Of a stretch of 64,000 bases of DNA, positions 44,468 to 55,796 are shown one piece after another. Position 1 is the first letter of the stretch. The number at the start of each line of letters is the position of its first letter. The notes under the pieces were generated by a model, which saw only the letters and a program-made list of their open reading frames with translations, made no database searches and was not told the origin of the DNA. Origin of the DNA: Klebsormidium nitens (taxonomy: Eukaryota; Plantae; Klebsormidiophyceae); NCBI GenBank assembly GCA_000708835.1, contig DF236951.1, positions 248,101-312,100 of the forward strand, given 5' to 3'. The translations under genes and the position numbers were made by a program.

Positions 44468-44575
44468 AACTTAACCCGATAAAGAAGACGCGCCCCGGAC
44501 CGGTACCCACCCTAAACCCTACACCAACCATACCCGTCCCCCGGGTGCTATCCTTATAAACAATTTGCCCAAGGT
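44468..44575 (-). repeat. G-rich repeat family copy D, in the IMP/DUF1647 divergent promoter
   Basis: Reverse complement ataaggatagcacccggggacgggtatggttggtgtagggtttagggtgggtaccggtccggggcgcgtcttctttatcgggttaag aligns with copy C. Confidence 0.65.
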
Positions 44576-44919
44576 TGAACGCACGATTGAGACCTACCTA
44601 TCTCCGGACCCACCTTGGCCCAAAATAATTCGCATTGCACCGGCCCGCATGGTGCGGTTGATCCCTCCCAGCGCGCTTTGATTGCGCGCTTTGATTGCCT
44701 CCTGCGAACACTTCCTTTCTATTTCAGCTATGCCCATGGGCCCTGGTGGAGCACGTTTTAAAAGGGAGTCCCTCTGTCTGGTGGTGCAGCAGGTGGTGCA
44801 GCTGCGTCAGGCGTGCTGCAGGTGTCCGACGTGAGTATGTCGGATCCAGATCCGAAGGGAGCCATCCAATGAGCCCCTCTTAGCATAGGCCTGCTGCAGG
44901 GCCGGCTGTTGCAGCATCA

Positions 44920-47900
44920 ATGGCGGCCCCAAATAGCAGCCCCCGGAGGAGTTCTGTGGCGGGGGCCAGCAATCCTGGGATCAGAGGCGCCTCGGAGCTG
45001 CCCGGTCCTACTCCCAGTCGCTTCTTTCCTGGCAGCAAAACTTTGAAGTCTCGTCTCGAGGGGGACCATATTAGCAGCAGGATGGGCTGGGTCCTCAGTC
45101 AGAGGGTGCTCCTCATTGCCCTGGCATTGACCGTCACCTCCTACTTCGGCCTCTACATGTTGGCGGGGAGGTCGGGCCTCTCGTTGAACTCCAACTGCAA
45201 GTAAGGCCGGAGACAAGATGCGATACACCACTCATTGAGCTGTTTGAGGGATCCGTTTGCCGCTGAGCACAACGTACGTGAAGGCATTCGGGCAGCCATT
45301 TTATCAGCATTTGCATGCAGAACGCTGAAACTTTTGCTAGCAACAGATCTCGGGTTTGGCCCAGAGTTTCTGATAGCCATGGTCGTTCCGCTGATAGATC
45401 AAAGCTACAAATCTAGAGTCTAAATTGTTAAATGAAGCGCTACGTGTGTCGCGAGCTTCTTTGATTGTTTGGGAATGAACGCAGTTGCGAGTGACCTGTC
45501 TGTTCGTCAAGTCGAAGATCATTGTTCATTTCAAGTTCATGGCTGTGTAGTTGCAGCACATATCAAGCGGCTTGGTTGATTGCAATTAAGTCTAGGTCCA
45601 GTTGCCGCTTGAGGACCATAAAGAGTCAGCAATACTTCTACTGGAGGTCTGTTAGAAGTGTGCTCTGTATGTAGCAATGCTGTGGATCGTTGCAGCCCTT
45701 CATGTGGATTCAAATATCCACCACACGTTGTGTGCAATCCTTGTCAATGTAGTGTTCGTTTGCAGTGGTTGTGAAAGAGTAGGGGAGTGCCTGACTGTTT
45801 TATTTGTTCTGAACTCATCAGATGTCAGAAGCACTATAGGTATGTGCTCTAGCTCTACTAGATGTGTGGCAATGGATTTGTGAAGGTTGACACTTTCTGC
45901 ATGAGACCGCAAGTCGTATCCTGTTCCTTCAAATACAGCAAGTCTGACATCAATACTGATGTACTCTAGCGAGTGATCTGGCCCGTGTGTCGACCATCTG
46001 TCCCACTCCCTTGTCCAGTCCTCAACGCATTTGAGTATTTCACACTTGAACATAGCTGCCTGACCTTTTGGCCTTGGTTCATTAAAGAGGCTTTCTGGAT
46101 TTCTAACAAACTGCTGATGAAGTTACCGAAGGAAACACATAGAGAGCGGCCGGCAAACGAGGCCTCAAATCCAATTGCCTCATGCCTGCAGGTATCCAGA
46201 CGTCCAGGAGCTGCGGCAGAGCCATCGCCAGCATGCGTCCCTCTACGCGTGCCTCCAGGAGACATGGTCCCTAGAGGGGATGAACGCCACGGTCAAGGCG
46301 CTCGTGAGCAGCACTGCCGGCCTCGACTCCATCTGCCTTGACGTCATCACCGGTCAGCAAGAAGCGTCCCTCCCTAAGCACCGCCTCATCCGCTTTCTGA
46401 GGGATGCAAAGGGGTTAGCGGGAACCGGGGGTTTCACGCGCCGGCCGCTCTATATCCGTACAGACGTTCCGGGGCTTGTCTGCAGAATCGCGTCGGTGGA
46501 GTTTGGCTCGGTTGAGATGTGCTTCAAGGCAGGGGAGCCGATGCACGAGCAAGCGTATCGAGACGTCCCGTGCCACGTGCACGTTTCCATCTCCGGGATG
46601 ATGTTCTCACAGGAGAACTCACTGCACAGCGGGCTCTCATCGGCGAACGGTTCCCAGGGGTTGGTGATTCCTGGGGCGCTGGAGAAGGGGCTCACAAAGG
46701 ACGGATTGCGGCCGGACCATCTCCGGCCGATTGCGTACGTGTGTGTGTCCATCACGATTGGTGATGACTCCGACATGCCGAGCGAGCAGGCATTGCCGTA
46801 CGGGAAGATCCTGAGGCTGTTTCGGCGGGCGAGGGAGATAGTGGCGGCCAACCCATCTTCAGTAGGTTTATGGCTCCTTGGTCCACAGTCCATCAATCTG
46901 GCCCTGAAGTAGGCAGTGGATGCTCGGGGACGGGCCGGCTGCTTGCTACTCGCTCTTTGTGACCTATCGAACAGCAGTGGGCTACGGTCATGCTCCTCTC
47001 TTCAAACTGAATGAACCCCAATCTTCTGGAACCGTGAGAAACGTTTTGCGGTGCTGTATGACTCCGATGTGACTACCGACAGGGAGTACGAATTCAACCT
47101 CTTCTCGGTCCCCCCAGGCCGAGCGGCGCATCCACATCGGCGTCGACTACCCGACCATCCCGTGCAACATTGCCCGCGATGAGATGGAGAAGCCCGAGTT
47201 CACGTGCGAGACGTACCACTCCGGCGGGAAGCACAAGGACCCGATCCTGTGCGACATTCTCGTCGTCGGCGCCAGCTCCAAGTACGTGCGGCAAGACCCC
47301 GCTTTTATTCAAGGGAAGCACCGGTGGCCCTGGATAGGGCGCCCGCTCGAGTGGGTGGACCTGGACAAGGACGAGATTGTGGTCCCGGTCGTGCCGAACC
47401 CGCGGCGGACGCTGCTGACGTCGGTCTCGGACGACCACTTTGAGGCGGTGTTCAGGTGCGCAGGAGCGAGATGGCTCTGTCCCTCGGGTCACTTGAAATA
47501 TCAGTTTTAAGCACGTAAATAGAGTCGTTTGGAAAGCCGTCGAGGGTCTTAGAAAACGGAAATCAGACGAGCAAGGCGCTGCGCTTACAAGGGACATTTT
47601 CAGACTGGTAGAGGGTCTCAGAGGTCTTAAGAGAGGACAAGCAAGGCGCGCTACCGTTCTGCAATCGTTGCAATCTTCCCCGAGGTGATTTGAGTTGCTC
47701 CACCCACGTGCGGATGATCAGGCGCACCCAGGGGAGAAGGAGGAGACGACCAACGGCTTGTGTATCTTCGCATCTGAAACTGCGGACAAATAAGAAAAAA
47801 AAGAACAATTCGTGGTGCTTCGTTCTCGAAAGCTTCTGGTCATTTGCTTCTTCCTTGCCAGTCATAACATTGCAAACCTCAAGGCGTGTTTAAATTGCGA

Positions 47901-50376
47901 AACCATTTGCTGCAGGTTCGTCCGGTCTGTCGACTTTTTCTGCCCGCCTGACATCTGCAACTGGGACCTGATTGTTTACGACATGTATCTGAAGCCCGAG
48001 TATCGGGAAAAGCTGGACTGCCTAGCCAGCCAGATGAAGAGGGTTAAGGTAGAGGTAAGATCTCTCGAGACGTTGGGCTGCATGCACCGGTTTTTTGTAC
48101 CTTCGTTCCAAATGCCTTGTCGTAAGAAGGGCGAAAACTGAGAATTCTGAAACATAACAGTTTTGCCGTCTTGACTTCAGAAATGTGACGAGGTGTGCCA
48201 CTGTAAACAAACAGAAACCAAGCGAAATTTTCTTTACCTCGGCAAAAGATTTGAGGACCCTTTGCAATGCGGAGTCCGCACAGTCGATCTTGTCTCGATG
48301 ATCACCTTCAGAGCTCCTACTTCACGGAAGGCTTCATGGGTCTGCTAACATGGGCTCAGTCTTTCTGATGTTCCATAGCTTTGAGCTTGACGAACTGGCG
48401 CAGCAAAAAATTGAGCGGAAGTGTTGGCAAACGAGTACCTCTCAGCTGGTTGTGTTAGCCAGATTCGCGTGATCACACATCCATCGTTAACCTGCTTTCT
48501 CAATACACGTCCCCAGATGCGCACGTGGGACTTTTCCAAGTATCCTGCGTGGATGGACCTCCGCAACGCCATTGGGGAGTATGCGTGGAAGGCCATAATG
48601 GTCAAGGAGGTGGGTTAGACAAAATTCAAAGCTGCTAGGTGTGGTCTTTTTTAGAATGTGGATTGGGGGCGTGATCCGACAGAGAACTTTCCTGGCAGTT
48701 TGGACTTCATGAAGCAACGAGATCTTGCGTGAGGGATCTTACCAGAGGGATACGACATTCGAGAAATGCAATTATCGAGCAAATTTATCATTTTGGTGGT
48801 ACTCCCTCCGCTCCTTTTCACTTCATGTTTGCTAAGGAGTAATTCGAGAACCTAGAACACAGCGACATTATGACATGTTGCTGATCTGTTTTCATTCGGT
48901 GCAATCTCGACTTGAGCCGCGTACCGCACAACAGGATCCATCCCGTAAATTCTCCAGACCGAAACAGGCCAGAATCTTTCGAAGACACCAAAAGGTTAGC
49001 CATTGTATCTCAAGCTCAAGTGGCGTCTGCCACGTCATCATCGCCAACCCCCACGCTCGTCTTGCGTCCGCAGGTTTTGGACGTCACGGGCAACGCGTTG
49101 TGGATGGACGGGGGCAACCGAATCACGTCGGTGGATGGCCTGCTAACCGTGTTTGACAAGTACGAAAACAAGCTGGGGGGCTTCTATTGCCCGGGGCACT
49201 CGGGGGGAGTGGTCAAGGACTGGACGCACCCAGACGAGGTCAGATCGCCAACGTAGCTTCAGCGGAAGCTTTTGGGTTGGATTGACCAGTAGATCTAGTG
49301 GACTGAGTAATGAATAGTGGACCATAGTGTTGTCTGGAACCGTATAGGGCTGGGAATACGACGCCCTAGTTCCCTCATAGTAGTCGACTAACATAACTTC
49401 TATTCCTCTTAACTTGGCCTGTCTATTTTTCTTTGATACAGAGCCTGTTTAGCTCTTGTGGGACTGACTGGTAGCCAACGGTTAGCTTAGGTGAAAGCTG
49501 TCGGGTTGAATTGGCTGAAAGGTGTTGGATCGGTCGAGTCGACAATATTATCGTTCTGAGCTGCTAGAACAGCTTCTTTTGAAGCAGTTGTGTTGGAGAC
49601 TTACGGTGTAAAATTAGTCCAAGATTGAGGCTTGTTCGGACCCTACGCAAAGACGGTTTCGAACGTGAGCTCGAAGTAGCTGACCGCTTCTTTCTAATGC
49701 AGATCAAGTATCTTCGGATGGGCGACCATCTAGAGGACCTCAACTGCAACGCGGCAGTTATTGGATTTACGCTGCAAACGTACAAGACGATCTTCTGGTA
49801 AGTCGCCAAGCCTACTCCCGATTGTTTTCAACTTTCCGAGATTTTCCAACTTGGTCTGGCTCTGAAGTCTTGATCCTGCTTGCTTGGCGGCAACTTGGAG
49901 AAGCCCCCGTATCCATGATAGGAGGTGCCGGGCCTGGCAAGGGTAGAGGACGCGTAGGCGAAACTTGTGTAATCTTTTGTATTTGTACATCCTTGGTGTG
50001 GATTTGCAACTCAAGCTGCGAGGTTGTCTTCAAGATTGTGGCGGTTTGCAGCAAAAGGACGCCATACCAAGAGTTGGGTCGGTTTTGCGATATGCAGTCT
50101 CTAAAGTTCGTGCCGCAGTGATACGCCTTCTCATTCTTTGGCTGTTGCCGCCGTTTGATCATGCGCTCCCACCTGCGCAGGGACTGGTACGAGTGTTCGA
50201 TCATTCGACAATGTATCGCGCCAGAGGGGAGCTCGCGGCAAAACCACCGGCAGGACCAGGCGGCCTTGACGCTCATAGCTGCAAAATGGGGGAACCCATG
50301 CTTAGACGCGACAGAGGTCCCCATCCATTGGGACTCGACCGAGTATAACGAGAATGTGACCGCCACAACGTGTTAG
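44920..50376 (+). CDS. Type II membrane protein with C-terminal DUF1647-like (putative glycosyltransferase-type) domain, ~658 aa
   Basis: Exons 44920-45200, 46192-46861, 47118-47455, 47916-48054, 48517-48609, 49074-49238, 49703-49797, 50181-50376 (1977 nt). TM segment RVLLIALALTVTSYFGLYMLAG. WDFSKYPAWM..GEYAWKA, LWMDGGN, WTHP, NCNAAVIGF, CIAPEGSSRQNHRQDQAALT match DUF1647-family motifs as I recall them. Confidence 0.8.
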
Positions 50377-51423
50377 GAAAGATCCGAGCAGGGTCGAGCA
50401 TGGCGGAATAGGTTCGTCAAGTCGAGTCAGAAAGGGCACAGGCTGGCGGCAACAAGAGCTTTTTGTGAACCCAGATTGTGTACCGAGTCGCGCCGCATGT
50501 ATCATAGTCCCGTGCAGGGGGAAGAGAAGTAGTGTCGCCGCAAACATCAGTTTCAACCGACCATTTGAACGCGCATCCGCTCCAGTAAGTGAATCATGCA
50601 ATCAGTGGTTGAAGCCAACTTGTTAGCGGGCCAAGCGTGGAAATGGTTGCGTGGAATAGGAGTGCATGTGGCCTGCTTACTCTCACCATGATTGGCGCAC
50701 AAATTTCGCATGTCAAGGAACCACTAGAAGCATTCGGGTCCTCTAGGAACGATTAAGATCCGCTCAAAAAAACGGTACACTTCCACCATTGAAACCGGCA
50801 TTCCTGGTTCATAGACGTGATTGTTGGCACGTTATGAACAGATTTTTGGATCCGCTCGGCCTGGTACTCCAGGCCAGGGCGACGGCCAAGACAACGCAAA
50901 CAAGGCCAGGCACTATAAACTTGCCCGATCTTAATTCATGTGCTGCATCCGGCGCCCATGGATTACGATTGATTTGTCAAGAGCGGCATGAACGGCCTGT
51001 TGACGATCGCACGTCTTGTAAGGGCTCTCCTAACGTGGCAGCTAGCTAGGCTCAACAAGAAAGGATGAGCATCACGAAGTTGTAAAAGATTCTATCGTAG
51101 TTGCATATCGTGGTGAAAAGTAAGTTCCTTGAAGATATCAAAACCGTCAGTTTCTGTGATTCCTTTATCAAGAATTCGAAACTGAGAATCAAGAATGATT
51201 ATAAGAATTTTGCGTCTTGCATGCGTCAATTTTGCAAAGTTCCGGGATTCTTGAACGTTCATGTCATCATTTGAAAAGAGAACATCGTTTCTTTAGTACC
51301 TACTTGGTAATATTTGAATGGAGTCAACTTCGAGTCTGCCTGTAGCTGCATGCATGGCCGGGCAGCTGGCGGGCGGCCCGGCCGCCCCGCCCTCGAATGA
51401 GCAGGTTTTGGACTCAGTAGGGG

Positions 51424-51821
51424 CCTGGGGTGGCAACTGGGGGTGCTGGTATACAAGGTCTGCGACTATGAGATTGGGCTTGTACCCATCCGATTATTGG
51501 ATTATTAAGCACATTTGGGCTTGCTTTTCACCATATTCGAGGTAAAAAGTATTTATTTAAATATATTTATTGCAGTTTTCACCCCCGTATCTTGGTCGCA
51601 CACCACCTTCAGGATTATTCAACGATTATTGGGTCCAATATCTGCTCTAGCACCCACCCCACATACCTATTTCCACATATAAGGGGTGATATCTGCTCCT
51701 CTCGATGCAAGGAATCCAACGGTGCCAACGAAATTTTCAAACAAAGCCACTATCGTAGAAATATTCTTTGAATACAACATTCCGTCAAGCAACAAATCCA
51801 GACCCCAGTTGCCACCCCAGG
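51424..51821. mobile_element. Non-autonomous DNA transposon (MITE), probably hAT superfamily, 398 bp
   Basis: Perfect 19-bp TIRs cctggggtggcaactgggg (51424-51442) / ccccagttgccaccccagg (51803-51821). Perfect 8-bp target-site duplication agtagggg at 51416-51423 and 51822-51829. AT-rich non-coding interior. Confidence 0.9.
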
Positions 51822-52159
51822 AGTAGGGGTTTCCCCATAGTGTCCGTGGCTGACGTCATGAAAGTCAATGGATAGGGTCAGTTGACGTAAGCACGCCACA
51901 TCGGCAAAAGTGACGTCACGGAGTATATTCTCCGCTAGCGCTGCCCTCACTGCCGCAAAAGGGACAATCTACACTATTCTATTAGTGTCTCCGGTCGATC
52001 TGTCAGAGTAAATACTCTCACAGGGCGTCAATCTGTGCAGGCATTGGTTAATGGTCTGACATGTGTCAGAGTGATCTGTTTGTTTGGATGCGGGACTCCG
52101 GTCCTCTTTGACCGGGCACCGGCATGGTACCAAGCTACTTCCCGGGGACCTCTCAGTTT

Positions 52160-52415
52160 CCCGGTGACACTGCACAGTGCACAGTCACTGCCTTTTCAGT
52201 CACAGTTCCGGTCACAGTCACAGTCACAGTCTAGGTACCTCTTAAAGTGTCCAGTGTCAAGCACAGTATGAGTCACAATTGGTTTCCGGCAGGTAAAAAA
52301 GCGCCACAGTTTACGGTCACAATTAAGATTTAATCGTGTCTCAGTCTCAGTCACAGTTACAGTCTCAACCACAGTCACAGTGTCAATCATAATTCAAAGT
52401 TACAGTCACAGTCCA
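52160..52415. repeat. Degenerate (CAGTCA)n minisatellite
   Basis: Repeated cagtca/cagtta/cagtct units, e.g. gtcacagtcacagtcacagt near 52211-52230 and cagtctcagtcacagttacagtc near 52341-52363. Confidence 0.8.
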
Positions 52416-52755
52416 CGGATAACCGTATTGGGTAGCTTAAAGAGATTCAAACCTGATTGACACAGAAAGATTTGGCGGTCGTCCAGCTACCCGGCCGGTG
52501 ATAGCAAGTGCCCGGATGACCGCTGTGCAGGTGTGGTACCTACCGGCCAGCTTCATAGATTTGTTCATTGGTCGCGGCACGGGAGGGTGTTAACACCGAA
52601 GAATTTCCGGAGACACTAATATAATAGTGTACTTTGTCCTACTTGCCTGCCTGCCTCAGGCTGGCCAGCTAGAGCCTAGGTGGTGCAGGCCCTGCAGGGC
52701 CGCGCAGGGCCTGGCAAAACTACGTCGTCACTTGCATCTTGGAGCAACTTTCGCA

Positions 52756-54632
52756 ATGGCGTCCCTCGCTTTGAAGTCGTCCGCATCTGCGTTCTCTGGC
52801 TTGGCCCTTCAAGCACCTTCAGCTCGAAGACCTGCGAATACGAAGATTGCATGCAGAGACGCTCGTACAACCTGCATTCGAGCGGGGGAGCAGGTGCCAC
52901 AAGAGGGATACCTTTTCAGCCGCAGGTGAGCATCTGCGTTCTAAATGGATCAGTAAACTGCTGACAGCTGAAATTTTTTGGTGCAATCCTCAAGGTTCTG
53001 GTGTATTTCAAGTCTCATCATTCCTGTGGAGCAATCGAATCCCAGCTCAGGTATATTCTGGTGGTCGATGCAATGCGGCGGAGCCTTTGGCAGTCCAGTT
53101 GTGGCAAGCTCCCCACGATTCAGGAGCTTCTTAACAATGAGATTGAGCTGCTTGACTTGTAGGAGCAGTTGCTTGTGTGAAGGCTTCTCTAAGATTCACG
53201 TTCTTGCCTTCTGCTCTACCTGTCTGCTACAGAGCCGTCTACTTTGCTTACTGGTATGTGCAATTAATGACTTATTGTTAAGCGAGGGATCTCTGGGTCA
53301 CTTCCTGATGAAAGATGCCACACTTGTTTTGAAACGGTTTTTCCATCAGAAAGGTCATTTTGCCTTTTCTTTTCTTCCATGCTGGGCTCCCCCTGCCCCA
53401 CCTATCGTTGCATCGACTGTTTCTGAATCTGGATATTGTAGACACTAAGTGCTTGCAAAAGGTCGACCTGATTGTTGGTCCAAGAACGTTGAGCACATAC
53501 AGCCGCTGTTCTTGCTTATTTTGGAAAGAACGGCATCGGAGATCACTGCCGCCAACAGGTGGCAGGTCACAAATTATTACGCAATTGTCCACGCGTTTGC
53601 ATACAGTTTTGGGATCAGTAAAAGCATACACTTTGCAGCCCCCACAGCTAGAGTTCCTGTCCTAGCGCTAATCGCAATGGCTGACAAATTGGCTGCATCT
53701 GCTCGGGTGTGACGGCGCTCCCCACTCACTTGCCCAAATGGGCTTCGAGCACCACACATGTGGCATCAAATTGCGGTTCAGATGGAAAGAGTTTGTCGGT
53801 CCTTTAGTACGGCACAGTTGTCTTGCTGTCTCCTTGTGTCCACTCCTGACTTTCCCAACGCCTACATGGTGGTGGTGGCAAATCGAGACTCCTTTGGTGT
53901 GCTCCATGTCATCATTTGGACCTTTGAAAGACGAGCGGGCAAGTTGGCCACAAACTCAATATCAAAGTTGACTCATGATCTTACCTTGAAACTCCCCCGA
54001 GCTCTTTTGTTAAACAGGAGACTGCACTTCTTACTCCCTCCTTCGTAAACACAGAATCGGGACCAAATTCAGACCCCTTCTCTCCTTGCTTTCTTTTCAG
54101 TCCACCTGCCTCTTGCAAATCAAGCCCCGCCGCCAGTCATCGCGTCCACCAGACGACCAGGCATTGTGTGGCTTCGTTTCTTTGCCACATGTCTCAAGGA
54201 AGCAATTCCAGGACACGTGCAACATCAAATGTGCCTCAGGAACGCTTAAAGTTTGTACACACGTTTCGACCATCGCGTTCTTTCAGGTCCCTGTCCCTAG
54301 CCGCGGCGGCCGCTGCCGTCGCCCTCGCCAACCAACCGGCTGCATTGGCCGCTCGACGGGGGGGCGGAAAGGTGGAAGAAGCAAAGGCAAAGCTTCCTGA
54401 GGATGACCCGAAGTTGTCGGCGTTGGAGAAGAGGGCCATGGTGAAGGCCCGGCAACTAGAAGAGCTGAAAGCCAAGGTTGCCAAAGAGAAGGCAAAGGCT
54501 GGCGACTCTGCACCTGCAGAGATCCAGTCTAATGTGGCCACTGTCGTAAACAAAGCAAAGGAAGCACCCGCGGCGGTTGCGGACGTAGCCAAGGAGGTCG
54601 TAGAAGCTGTGCCCACCCCGTCCGCCGAGTAG
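52756..54632 (+). CDS. Small plastid protein with bipartite transit peptide and twin-arginine signal, 171 aa
   Basis: Exons 52756-52925 and 54287-54632 (phase 2, 516 nt): MASLALKSSASAFSGLAL...FSRRSLSLAAAAAAVALANQPAALA|ARRGGGKVEEAKAKLPEDDPKLSALEKRAMVKARQLEELKAKVAKEK...PTPSAE*. Confidence 0.85.
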
Positions 54633-55796
54633 GCGCGACCATGGGGCACCATTTTTGGTTTGTTGAGCGCGGTCTGTTTGGCTGCTTGTAACGTGTTGAG
54701 GCTGCGCCAAAAGTTCGCAGCTGCTTCTGTTCTCTGCATTTTGACCGCCGAAGAGTTGCTACCTACGCTTGTCAAACAAATTCGTACATTGAGTCTGAGT
54801 AACCAAGTTGAACAAGAACCTGTAGTGTCGATCAACGAACCATCCCGAAAGACGGGCGATCCCAAGTTTTGAAGCCGGTTGATTGAGAGCGGGGTGATTT
54901 ACTGAAAAAGTGTTGTGCTTACTTGCCTTTCATGCATGCTTGAGCCAAACGCACATGGGCCCTGGGGTATAGAATCTGTTCGACCCGTCCATGTGAACTT
55001 ACACACAGATGTGCAGATTCTGTGCCATATAGACGATATCGATCTATTTTTAGGTACACACATGTTGAATTGTGAACAATCGGTTGATGCCATATGCGCC
55101 TCATGGCGTACTTAACGTGGAGTTTTCAGCAGGACATGTCTACGAACGGATATATTAGGCCGGTGAGGCCTTCAGCACGTTCACGGAAACAACATGCACT
55201 GCTACCTAGTGGCAGAATCCAGGATCATGCAATGTTCGGCACACGAATGCCATCGACAAGCACCGCATGATCGCATGTCACTGAACGTGCAAAGCATGCA
55301 TAATTCAAATTCGCAGGCCCGTTCTTCTTCTCTGCATCCTCGTATATGTTGCTGGTACAGCACATGTCGACTCCTGGAGCTCTTTCTAATTTAACTGGCC
55401 CTACAACACATCATGCACTATTATGATACAAGGGACACTCGATCCCCGTAGTTAGTTCGTCGAACATGCACATTGTGCGTGTTACTTCAATGGGACACAT
55501 GGCGGTGGTATGATCCAATGTTGCACTGGCTAATCTACTGGTGGTCTCTGGTATGCCGTCAATATGTAAATCGTACATGCACAAGCGGTAGCTCGCAGAA
55601 TACACTGCGCACACATGTGCGGCGTTGTCGGAAAGCAACGACGGAGGATGCCTTTGGTGTCCGACTTTGAAAGTTTCTTCAATGAACCTTGGCTTAGGAC
55701 CAGCATCTCTTGCAGAGCCAATTGCTCTCTGGAGACCCCCTGCTTCAAAAGTGAACGGTAAGTACAAAGTCAACTAACCTGCGCGCATAGTCCGTC

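Noticed and set aside
54236-54865. 209-aa minus-strand ORF
   Set aside because: Antisense shadow of the Ala/Lys/Glu-rich exon of the plastid TAT protein.
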